Assembly (NCBI GenBank): GCA_903842235.1
Contig: CAIMLG010000278.1
Span: 1 to 63,362, forward strand
DNA: 63,362 bases
Source of the DNA: an uncultured Verrucomicrobia subdivision 3 bacterium
Lineage (GTDB): Bacteria > Verrucomicrobiota > Verrucomicrobiia > Limisphaerales > UBA11358
Direction: 5' to 3'
Part shown: positions 50,109 through 59,205 of the stretch, in pieces
Numbering within the stretch: position 1 is the first letter of the stretch
Layout of the letters: each line of letters starts with the position of its first letter
The notes under the pieces: generated by a model
Told to the model about the DNA's origin: nothing
The model's input: only the letters and a program-made list of their open reading frames with translations
The model's database searches: none
Position numbers and translations under genes: made by a program

Positions 50109-51116
50109 ATGAAGCGCGCTGCCATCACGGGTATCACCGGTCAGGACGGAACCTATCTGGCCCAACTCCTCCTCCAGAAAGGTTATGAAGTTCACGGGTT
50201 GCTGCACGCGCCCTTCGACCGGGAGGAGCCCCGCCTGTTGCGCCGGTTCGGGGCCGGGGTGGTGGCAAAAATTCACTGGCACACGGGTTCGCTGGAAGAC
50301 TCATTTTCTCAGTTGCGCTTTCTTAAAGCCGCGCAGCCCGACGAAATCTATCATCTGGCTGGCGTGACCGATTCGCGCCAGAGCTTTGGCATTCCCGAGC
50401 AGACCGTCAACGCCATCACTTTGGGCACGTTGCGCCTCTTGCAGGCTGCCCGCGAATTTTGTCCCTCCGCGCGGATTTTTCTGGCGTCGTCCTGTGAAGT
50501 TTTCGGCGTCCCCACCCAGGTGCCGCAGGATGAAAATACCCTGAAACAGCCAATCACGCCCTACGGTATCGCCAAATTGGCCGCCGATCAGTTTGCGCGG
50601 CTGCATCGGGAAAGCTACGGTCAATTTGTGGCCACCGGTATTCTCTACAATCACGAATCACCCTTGCGCCCGCCCAACTATCTGAGCAGTCGCGTTGCGC
50701 GCTCGGTCGCCGCCATCAAGCAGGGGCGCCTGCGGGAATTGCCGCTCGCCGATCTGAATGCCGAACGCGACTGGAGCGACGCCCGTGATTTTGTGCGTGG
50801 GTTCTGGCTGGCGCTGCAAGCCCCGGCGGCTGGCGATTATGTTTTTGCTTCCGGCCGTAGTCATCGGGTCAGCGATTTGGTGGAATGCGCCTTTCGCGCC
50901 GCCGGGCTGGACTACCGAGACTTTATTAAAGTAACCACGCGCACCAGCGCCGCCCAGCAGGTGACCCTGGGCTTGTGCGGCAATGCCCACAAGGCGGAAT
51001 CCGAACTCCACTGGCAGCGCGAATGGTTTTTTCAAAAAACCATTGCGGACATGGTTTCGGCCGAGTTGGACGACCGGCCGGAAATGGACCGCGCCCACCC
51101 GGCTCCACTGGGTTGA
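50109..51116 (+). CDS. Divergent Gmd-like SDR (dehydratase or GDP-4-keto-sugar reductase)
   Basis: [26 protein letters not shown]. Confidence 0.85.
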   Translation: MKRAAITGITGQDGTYLAQLLLQKGYEVHGLLHAPFDREEPRLLRRFGAGVVAKIHWHTGSLEDSFSQLRFLKAAQPDEIYHLAGVTDSRQSFGIPEQTVNAITLGTLRLLQAAREFCPSARIFLASSCEVFGVPTQVPQDENTLKQPITPYGIAKLAADQFARLHRESYGQFVATGILYNHESPLRPPNYLSSRVARSVAAIKQGRLRELPLADLNAERDWSDARDFVRGFWLALQAPAAGDYVFASGRSHRVSDLVECAFRAAGLDYRDFIKVTTRTSAAQQVTLGLCGNAHKAESELHWQREWFFQKTIADMVSAELDDRPEMDRAHPAPLG

Positions 51117-51131
51117 ACCGACGCTGAAGCA

Positions 51132-52274
51132 ATGACGATTCTCGCCGTCATCCCTGCCCGCCCGCGTTGTGGCGTGAGCGACTATGCCCGCCACCTTTAC
51201 TCGGGAACGCAATTTGAAACCGCCGGTTTCCGGCTGAAGAAAATTTCGCCCGGATTTTGGAACTGCCTTAAAATTCCTTTTGCCCGCGCCAGCCTCGTTC
51301 ACTTGCAACACGAGTATTCGCTTTACGGATTTGCGGGTTGCTGGGGTTTTCTGCTATTGTGCTACCTGTTGATATTGCGCCTGGTAGGCGGCCGGCTGGT
51401 TGTTACGCTCCACACCATCTATAACTGGAACCAGGCTGGGCCGATATTTGCGCATCGCACCAAGTCCCGCCTGCTGATTCAGGCGCTGAGCCTCTATGGC
51501 AAAATGTATCACCGGCTCATTGTCTTGGCCGCCAGCCGGGTGGTGTTTTTAAGCGAGGGGTCGCGGGCCGCATTTATTCAATACGAACCCTGGGCTGATT
51601 CGCAAAAACTCACGGTTATTCCGATTGGTGTTTATGATCTTCCTTTTCGTGCCCGCAACCCCGCCGGTTTGGAGGCGCGCTATGGCATTACCCCGGACGA
51701 ATATGTTTTCACTTTGTTCGGCTTCGCCCTCCCCAACAAAGGCTATCATCTGGCCATAGAAGCGTTGAAAACCCTTTCCGCCGCGCAGCCCGGATTGAAA
51801 CTGCTCATCGTGAGCGGCGAACCCGGCGAGGGCGGCGCGCAATATCTGACGTCGCTGAAAGATTTGGTGAAACGTCTGGCGCTGGAAAAGGCGGTGGTGT
51901 TTACCGGGTTCATTCCATTCGACGACCCGTTGCTGGACGAGGCGTTGCTGCGCACCCAGTGTTTTCTTTACCCCTATCTCAAGGAATCCGCCACCTCCGG
52001 ATCGCTGGCGACGACGCTTTCGGCCCGCAAAATTTACCTCACGAGCGATCTGGAAATGTTCCGCGGTTTCACGCCTGGCATCAAGTTCCGGGCTGGTGAT
52101 GTCGGCGATCTCGCGGCCAAGATGCTGCAAGTTCATCAGATGAATTCCAACACCCAAGCCTCCGCGCAGGAACAGTTGCAAATTTATCTGGTCGGCAACA
52201 ACGCGGCAGCCATGAGAAAGCGTCACATGGTTTGTTTTATGCAGCTGCTTGAACAACCACCTAGGCAGAATTGA
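51132..52274 (+). CDS. GT4 glycosyltransferase
   Basis: CGVSDY, QHEY, FGF..PNKG, YPY...SG. Confidence 0.85.
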   Translation: MTILAVIPARPRCGVSDYARHLYSGTQFETAGFRLKKISPGFWNCLKIPFARASLVHLQHEYSLYGFAGCWGFLLLCYLLILRLVGGRLVVTLHTIYNWNQAGPIFAHRTKSRLLIQALSLYGKMYHRLIVLAASRVVFLSEGSRAAFIQYEPWADSQKLTVIPIGVYDLPFRARNPAGLEARYGITPDEYVFTLFGFALPNKGYHLAIEALKTLSAAQPGLKLLIVSGEPGEGGAQYLTSLKDLVKRLALEKAVVFTGFIPFDDPLLDEALLRTQCFLYPYLKESATSGSLATTLSARKIYLTSDLEMFRGFTPGIKFRAGDVGDLAAKMLQVHQMNSNTQASAQEQLQIYLVGNNAAAMRKRHMVCFMQLLEQPPRQN

Positions 52275-52374
52275 CACTATCACAAGGCCTTTTGAGGCTT
52301 GCCAGCTTCCCGAGTCAGGTTAAAATCCGCAAAATAAAACCATCATCGGTGAAGTATCCGGAAATAAATGTGCT

Positions 52375-52917
52375 ATGAGTGAACCTATCAAACTCAACCT
52401 CGGCTGCGGAAATGATTACCGATCTGGCTGGATTAATTGCGACACGTCCTCAACTCACAATATCAAGGCGGACAAGTATTTCGACCTTGAAATATTTCCC
52501 TGGCCGTTTCCCGATAACCATGCTGATGAAATCCTCTTGGAGCAGGTCATGGAGCATCTGCCCAATACGCTTGCCACGATCAATGAACTGTGGCGCATCT
52601 TGAAGCCGGGGGGAATTGTGCGCATCAATGTTCCCTACGCAAAATCGGACTGCGCCTACCAGGACCCCACGCATCGTAAATTTTTTACCGAGAAAACGAT
52701 GGACTACTTTACCGAGGCCTCGCCTTGGAATTTTTATTCACCAAAGCGATTCAAATTGCTCCGCGCCGAGTTGACGGCCATGAATACTACGCCGCTCCTA
52801 AAACTGCGGAATCTGGTGCCGTTCAGGAAGTATCTGACGGGATTCTTCTGGAACATGTATGACGGCGTGAGCTTTGAGTTGCAAAAAATTGCCCTTGCCG
52901 CGCCGGTGAACCGCTAA
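52375..52917 (+). CDS. Small class I SAM methyltransferase
   Basis: LNLGCG, EHL, RILKPGG, DPTH. Confidence 0.85.
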   Translation: MSEPIKLNLGCGNDYRSGWINCDTSSTHNIKADKYFDLEIFPWPFPDNHADEILLEQVMEHLPNTLATINELWRILKPGGIVRINVPYAKSDCAYQDPTHRKFFTEKTMDYFTEASPWNFYSPKRFKLLRAELTAMNTTPLLKLRNLVPFRKYLTGFFWNMYDGVSFELQKIALAAPVNR

Positions 52918-54098
52918 CCAGCCTTGTTCGCCAACTCTTGATATATATCAAGGTGGGCTGAGAAGATGTTTTGCATGTCGAACTTCTTCGCATTGTGCCG
53001 GGTGATTTCTGCCGCCTGCGTTACGAGCGCGGGGTTGGTCAGCAACTCGGTCATCCGGCTCGCTAACGCGGCGGCGTCCCGTTCCTTAAAACTCAGCAAC
53101 CCTTCATACTCCTGAAAACAACGGATGTCCGAAACCAGCACCGGCTTCCCGGTGGCCAGCGTGGTTGAAATCGCGCCCGAGGGAAAATTGCGGTCCAGAT
53201 AGGGAAAGACGAAACAAAAGGTGGCCGCGAAAATTTCCTCCAGTAGCGGGTCGTCATTGGCCAGATAGCCGGTGAAGTGGATATGCGACTCAAGTTTGCG
53301 TTCTGCCGCCAGGCGCTTGAGCCAGCCAATGTAGGTGCCGCCTTGGCCTCCGCCGGGAAAGCTGCCCTTGCCAGTTTCCCCGCTGACGATGATCAGTTTG
53401 ACATCCGTCCGGCTCTGGTGGTGGACAAGCTGATCCAGCGCCTCAATGGCATATTCATAACCTTTGACCGGAAAGGCAAAGCCAAAGAGGACGAAAATTT
53501 TCTCGTTGCCCGCCAGCCCAAATTTTGTTTTCAGTAGCCCGTGCCGCTCCCGGCGGACCCGAGCGGCATAGTTGCCCAGATGGGTATAGCGGACCTTGCG
53601 AGCCATCGTGCGGGGTGAAACCACGCGCGCAATATTCTCCCTGCCCATTTTGCTTAAAATCAGAATGATCCCGGAACAAGCACAGACCAACCGGAGATGC
53701 AGCCGCAGGTAGACTCGGCCCAACGGGAACAGCCATTTAAACTTTGCAAAATGCGGCAGCGCGCCGCCCAAGTCATCCACATTATAGGTTGAATGGATGG
53801 TGGTCACAATTCTAAAGCCCATCAGTTTCGACCAGAGCCAGAGATAGGGATAGTAAAACAGCGCCGACCCCCCGACCAGCCGGTCAAACATAAAAAATTC
53901 GTGCTGAATATGCACCACGTCCGCCTTTTGAAACGGCGCCGCCAGCATGTTTCCGGGGGTGATATCCGTGATCTGAACCTCCAACTTCGTGAGTTTCTGA
54001 AATTCCGGCCGGAATAACTGACGCGTGTATTCGGCGATTCCGTCCCGCTCCTTGCGTGTGGACGAAAGCACCCAAATCTTGAGGGGTTTGTCTTTCAT
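52914..54098 (-). CDS. GT4 glycosyltransferase, paralogue of 51132..52274
   Basis: DGIAEY, QHEF, FGFAFPVKGY, FPY...SG; start MKDKPLKI. Confidence 0.85.
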   Translation of the reverse strand: MKDKPLKIWVLSSTRKERDGIAEYTRQLFRPEFQKLTKLEVQITDITPGNMLAAPFQKADVVHIQHEFFMFDRLVGGSALFYYPYLWLWSKLMGFRIVTTIHSTYNVDDLGGALPHFAKFKWLFPLGRVYLRLHLRLVCACSGIILILSKMGRENIARVVSPRTMARKVRYTHLGNYAARVRRERHGLLKTKFGLAGNEKIFVLFGFAFPVKGYEYAIEALDQLVHHQSRTDVKLIIVSGETGKGSFPGGGQGGTYIGWLKRLAAERKLESHIHFTGYLANDDPLLEEIFAATFCFVFPYLDRNFPSGAISTTLATGKPVLVSDIRCFQEYEGLLSFKERDAAALASRMTELLTNPALVTQAAEITRHNAKKFDMQNIFSAHLDIYQELANKAG

Positions 54099-54412
54099 GA
54101 TTGGCCCATGGGCTGCACTTGCCGCCCCGCTATGGCCACGGGATGCAAATGCCGCGACATTGTAGCTGTGGCTTGAAAATTCGCCAACCAAATGCGTCCT
54201 CCTGCTGCAAGATGAGCCGCCCCCCTGAGACCTAAAGTATTTTAGATTTCGGGATTCGGACAAGCGTCATTGACGTCCCGAAAAATCCCTATATTTTTCT
54301 AAATTTATGTCGCCATTTACCTGGGGAAGGAACAGCCGGGGGCAGAGCGCTCCCGTTCAGAAAGCGGTCAACCCTGCGGCGGGTCGTTCAGTCATGGTAT
54401 CCAAAGCAGCTT

Positions 54413-55462
54413 ATGAGTAAATCCGGGCCGATGCCGATGGTCACCGTTGTCCTCGTTTGTCACAATGATGGCAAGTGGCTGCCGCGTTGTTTGGAATCGT
54501 TGCGCACCCAAACAGTCTTTGATCGCATGGAATTGATCATTGCCGACAATGCTTCGCACGATGGCACGGACGTATTGGCGCGCCGCCTCATTGCCGACTG
54601 GCCCAATGCCCGCCTGCTGTCGACGGGCGGCGACAACGGGTACGATGTGGCTTGCAACCTTGGCGCCGAGGCAGCGCACGGCCAATACCTTTATTTCCCG
54701 AATCCAGATACGTGGCTGGAGCCGGACTGTTTGGAGCAGCTTTATGCGACCGCCGAACGAGAAAAGGCCGGGTGTGTCGGCGGACTGATCCTGGAATATG
54801 AAGATAACACCGTGCAAGCGCGGGGGTGCATTGGGTTTGACTTTTGCGGCAATGGGATTGAGCCACCCCGAAGCCGGCTTCCAGATCGGCTACTTTACGT
54901 TCAAGGGTTCTTTTTCATCCGCAAAGACCTGTATGCCCGGCTGGGCCGGTTTGATGAGAAATTCTTCATGTATGGCGAGGAGCCGGACCTTTCCTGGCGG
55001 GTCTGGATTGCGGGTGAAAAAATCGCCCCTGCCCTTGCTGCCCGGGTGCATCATCGCGGGTCAGCCTCCGTCAATCCAGCGGGCGGTGGCAAAATCATAG
55101 AAAACCGGACCAGCCCCGACCGGCGGTTTCTGTCCAACCGGAACAGTCTGTTATTTATCGCCAAGAACTGCCAGCATTTGCTGCTGCTCATGCTGCTGCC
55201 TTGCGCCGCGCTCATTGTGCTGGAGGGGTGCTCTGTCCTGCTGATGACCAAGAATGCGGCGATCGCCAAAAGAGTAAGCGTGGACGTGTTTGCCGATTTT
55301 TGGCGTTTGCGCCATCATGTTTTCCAAGAACGAAAACGCATCCGCTCGTTCCGCCGCCGGGGCGATTTCTGGATGCTGCGATTTTTCCGGTTGGGGTTTG
55401 GTCGGAGCTATGAGATCAAGGCTATTTTCAAGCTGGGCTTTCCCAAGTTCAACCGTCGTTGA
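54413..55462 (+). CDS. GT2 glycosyltransferase
   Basis: DNASHDGT, NPDT, FDEKFFMYGEEPDLSWR. Confidence 0.9.
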   Translation: MSKSGPMPMVTVVLVCHNDGKWLPRCLESLRTQTVFDRMELIIADNASHDGTDVLARRLIADWPNARLLSTGGDNGYDVACNLGAEAAHGQYLYFPNPDTWLEPDCLEQLYATAEREKAGCVGGLILEYEDNTVQARGCIGFDFCGNGIEPPRSRLPDRLLYVQGFFFIRKDLYARLGRFDEKFFMYGEEPDLSWRVWIAGEKIAPALAARVHHRGSASVNPAGGGKIIENRTSPDRRFLSNRNSLLFIAKNCQHLLLLMLLPCAALIVLEGCSVLLMTKNAAIAKRVSVDVFADFWRLRHHVFQERKRIRSFRRRGDFWMLRFFRLGFGRSYEIKAIFKLGFPKFNRR

Positions 55463-55610
55463 TTCGCCGGTGCGTAATCGCGCGAATCATGAATGGCCCG
55501 CTTCACAAGTTTGGGGCCGCGCCAGTGGCCCAAGACCTTCACCGAGGGGTTGTTTTTTCGTGCCGCCGGCGGGCGTTTGGGCCGGCCCACTGGCGAATCT
55601 GGCGTCCGGT

Positions 55611-56528
55611 TTATGAGGTTTTGGCCGGCGGGTAGCCGGGGTGCCGGCCGGTGTGGCCGCGCAAGCCGTCCCAAATGCCTTGAAACACGGCGTGAAGCTT
55701 TTGTTTGCGTCCGTGTTCCAGGAGGATGATCCGTCCCAGCTCCAGCACCATCCCCCGGGCATCGCGCAAAGCCCACCGCGGAAAGGTGGTCAGGTAACGG
55801 CGATACAGCACCAGCCGGTTTCGCATGATGTAGTAATAGCGCCAGGCGGTGTGAATCCGGAACGACAGCGCATAGCCCAGCAGGTTCCGGGTTTGTTGGG
55901 TGCCCAGTTCATGTTCCAGCACCACCAAAGTTGCGCTTAAAACTTTGAACCCGTTTAGCTGCATGCGCAGACAATGTTCTGCGTCCACATAATCAATGAA
56001 CAGCGCATCATCATAAAATCCGGCCGTTTCAAACACTTTGGCCTTGATCAAGCTGCCCGAGGTGATTGCCGCCATCACATAGGAAAATGCGGCGGCTGCC
56101 GGGGGCGGCGGTTTTGCCGGACGGGCCGTTCCCATGGACCATTTTCCCGGGGCGATCATCCCCACGCTCTCCCGTGCCGGGCAGGCGTGGTAAGCGAGGA
56201 ACAGTTGCTCGAAAAAACCTTTTGGAATAGCGCTATCCTGATCGAAGGTGGTTACCCATTCGCAGCCCGACTGGAGCGCGGCGCGAATTCCGAGGTTCAG
56301 CGCCGTGGCGATGCCCAGGTTGGACCCGTTGCGGATCAGGCGAACCCCGGCCAGTTCGCCGGCGGCTTCAACCCGTTTTGCGTCCGCGCCCTCCGAACCA
56401 TTGTCCACCACGACGACCGTCGGAACTTGGGCCAAAATCCGGCGCAGGTGTTCCAGCAATCCCCTATCCGGCTGGTAGGTGACCACCACTGCCGAAATCA
56501 AGGGCAGCTTGTGAGGAAGCACGGGCAT
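55611..56528 (-). CDS. GT2 rhamnosyltransferase-like protein
   Basis: VDNGS, NLGIATALN, FDQDS, ITSGS, FIDYVD, YY..RN. Confidence 0.9.
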   Translation of the reverse strand: MPVLPHKLPLISAVVVTYQPDRGLLEHLRRILAQVPTVVVVDNGSEGADAKRVEAAGELAGVRLIRNGSNLGIATALNLGIRAALQSGCEWVTTFDQDSAIPKGFFEQLFLAYHACPARESVGMIAPGKWSMGTARPAKPPPPAAAAFSYVMAAITSGSLIKAKVFETAGFYDDALFIDYVDAEHCLRMQLNGFKVLSATLVVLEHELGTQQTRNLLGYALSFRIHTAWRYYYIMRNRLVLYRRYLTTFPRWALRDARGMVLELGRIILLEHGRKQKLHAVFQGIWDGLRGHTGRHPGYPPAKTS

Positions 56529-56813
56529 TGTTAATCAAGGCAGCGGAAAAAACAATTTTGCATCAGTCACGGCAAATAATGTTCCGGCAAAGGGCCGCCA
56601 AGTCGAGCGCCAAATTCCCGGTCCGCCCCGTCAGACAATCGAAATTCCGCTGGTGAAAAGCCGCTCGCTTTGCTGGGGTCCAAAAAATAAATAATCCTTG
56701 AATTTGGCGGCAAAACCAACATGCTCTTGGCCCGTTGAACCCGGTTTGGCGGCAACTGCGCTTGGCTTGAGTTTCGGGGCTGGGGCATTAATCCGTAAAA
56801 ATCCATTGACCAG

Positions 56814-57713
56814 ATGAACATCTTTAAGATTACCAACAAAAGAATCAACTTCCGCAAGGCTTTGCGGGCGCGCGGGGTGTTTGGCGTGATGGTGGCCGCG
56901 GTGCGTTTTATCTTCCTGGCGAAGGCCGCCACGGTGCCGGTTTGCCGGGATTTGGTTGCCGGTCGCAGCGGTTTGGAAATCGGCGGGCCCAGCTTTGGTT
57001 TCGGGCCAAAGGGTTTTCTTCCGCTTTATCCGGCGGTGGCTCGTCTGGACAACTGCAATTTTGGTTTTAAAACCGTCTGGGAAGGCTCCCTCTCCGCGGG
57101 CATGAACTTTCAATTTGCCCCGGACAAGCCCAAGGGTCGCCAATATGTGGCGGAAGCGACTGATTTAAATGAGATTCCGGATAAATCCTATGATTTTGTT
57201 ATTTCCTGCCATGCCCTCGAACATACCGCCAACCCGCTGCGCGCCCTCAAAGAATGGGTCCGGGTGCTCAAAGACGGCGGGGGGGCCGTGCTGGTTTTGC
57301 CCCACAAGGAGGAAAGTTTTGATCACCGCCGGCCGGTAACGACTTTGCCGCACCTGATTAAAGATCTGCAAAACAACACCAGGGAAGACGATCCGACGCA
57401 CCTCCCCGAAGTCCTGGCGCTGACTGATTTGGACCGCGACTGGGGCTTGCTGGATCCCAATGACTTTAAACAGCGTTGCGAAAAAAACTTTGAAAACCGC
57501 TGCGTGCATCAGCACGTCTTTGTGACCTCCCTGGTCGTTCAAATGTTTGATTATGTGGGCATGCAGGTTCTGTCGGTGGAATCCATCCGCCCTTTCCATA
57601 TCATTGTCAGCGCCCGAAAACTTCCCCCGGGTGAAATCCTCAAAAACGAACCTTACCTTAATGCCCAAGCGGTTTGGAGGGGGAAAAGTCCCTTCAAACT
57701 TGATCGGGCATGA
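56814..57713 (+). CDS. Class I SAM methyltransferase
   Basis: GLEIGGP, YDFVISCHALEH.ANP, RVLK.GG, HQHVF. Confidence 0.8.
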   Translation: MNIFKITNKRINFRKALRARGVFGVMVAAVRFIFLAKAATVPVCRDLVAGRSGLEIGGPSFGFGPKGFLPLYPAVARLDNCNFGFKTVWEGSLSAGMNFQFAPDKPKGRQYVAEATDLNEIPDKSYDFVISCHALEHTANPLRALKEWVRVLKDGGGAVLVLPHKEESFDHRRPVTTLPHLIKDLQNNTREDDPTHLPEVLALTDLDRDWGLLDPNDFKQRCEKNFENRCVHQHVFVTSLVVQMFDYVGMQVLSVESIRPFHIIVSARKLPPGEILKNEPYLNAQAVWRGKSPFKLDRA

Positions 57714-57764
57714 ATTAAAGGTCTGGTCGCGCAGTTGATCCGTTGGCACGTTTGCCTGCGGTGT

Positions 57765-58760
57765 TTATTTATGGCAGATGAGCACAGCCTCTTCACCGCA
57801 GTTCAACCCTTTGCGCAAAAGTAAAGCTTCACGATATTGAATAATGCAGCAGCGAAGCGCGCGCAGCATGTTTATTTCATAGGCCGCCCGCGAATGGGTC
57901 CTTTGTTCCCTGGCTTGGCGGATTCCAAAGCTGGCCCCAATGACAGCATCGGCATTGGCGGCGGAACTTTTCATTTCGACCTTTTTAAAGAAGGCTTGGC
58001 GGGCGCAATTGCCTAAAGAATTGAGTGAAAAAATTTGCAGGTGGCGTGGTGGCTCCAACCCCCTCCAGCAATCTTGAAACAAAGAATGCCCCACACTTTG
58101 AATGTTGGGAGTCGTTACAACTAAACGCCCTCCGGGCTTCAAAACACGCTTTGCCTCGGACAGCAGTGCGACTGGTTCAGGCACATGCTCGATGACATGG
58201 TGCATTGTTATGGCATCAAAAGAATTGTCTTGAAAATGGGCCCCAATTAGATCGCTGTGCAATAATTCAAATCCATATTTGGCTTTCGCATTGGCAATCG
58301 CAGCGCCACCAAAGTCCACCCCGGTGACAGACCAGCCTAACTGATGCATCCGATGTAAAAATTCCCCGCTCCCACAACCCACATCAAGCACCTGACCTGT
58401 CGGCAAATCTTCCAAAAACATGTGCAGAATCTGTCGTCTAGCCTGGGTCAGCCCCAAGACACTCGATGGCATCAGCTTGGCGAATTCATAGCAACTAAGT
58501 AGAAACGACCTTGCTTTAGCCTGAAATCCTAAATGGGAATGGTTTTCGGCGTGAGTGTAATAATTCTTATATAAATATTGTAGGTCAGATTCAATTGTCA
58601 CTGGATCCAGCCAGCACAATCCGCACTCGGGGTTGGCGCATTGTTTCAAATTCCATTTCCCGGGGGCATTAAATAAATAATCCTCCAAATCTTTGTATAA
58701 CAAACTGCCCGGCTTGCTACAAATCGGGCAGTGCGGGCGGGACGCAGTTCGGATTTCCAT
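57765..58760 (-). CDS. Class I SAM methyltransferase with N-terminal Zn-finger-like motif (low GC)
   Basis: CPIC...C...CGL, LDVGCGSG, HVIEH, LKPGG, PPRHL. Confidence 0.88.
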   Translation of the reverse strand: MEIRTASRPHCPICSKPGSLLYKDLEDYLFNAPGKWNLKQCANPECGLCWLDPVTIESDLQYLYKNYYTHAENHSHLGFQAKARSFLLSCYEFAKLMPSSVLGLTQARRQILHMFLEDLPTGQVLDVGCGSGEFLHRMHQLGWSVTGVDFGGAAIANAKAKYGFELLHSDLIGAHFQDNSFDAITMHHVIEHVPEPVALLSEAKRVLKPGGRLVVTTPNIQSVGHSLFQDCWRGLEPPRHLQIFSLNSLGNCARQAFFKKVEMKSSAANADAVIGASFGIRQAREQRTHSRAAYEINMLRALRCCIIQYREALLLRKGLNCGEEAVLICHK

Positions 58761-59205
58761 TGTTAGAAAATTGCTATGTTTTACCACTTGTTTGCAAGGC
58801 AATTGTTAATCGAAGGCTCGGAATACCTGTGTGCGGCGCTCTGTTTCCACCGAGGAAATACTAACTTTTAAAAAAAAACATTGCGCCCACAGGCCGCCGT
58901 TACAGCCGAGAAGCTGCCAGTCTGCGAATTGATTGGTTTGCCATTACCGCGCGCACCGGGCTGGGCACGGTGGCACCAAACCTTTAATCCCCGCCTTGAA
59001 ACCGCGATCAATCGATTGCTTCCGAGTCTTTCCTTCGCGTCGGCGGCTGGCCGGTCTGGCGGCTGCGTCGAGCAGGCGTGGCCGCGCCCATTGGGGCGTC
59101 GACGGCAACCGGGCGGATTAAGGCAGATTAACAAAACAAATGAGCTGTGCTTGTAGTATAATTCCGGCTTTGCAAGTGCGCGGGAAGCTGTCAGGCTCAA
59201 AATCT

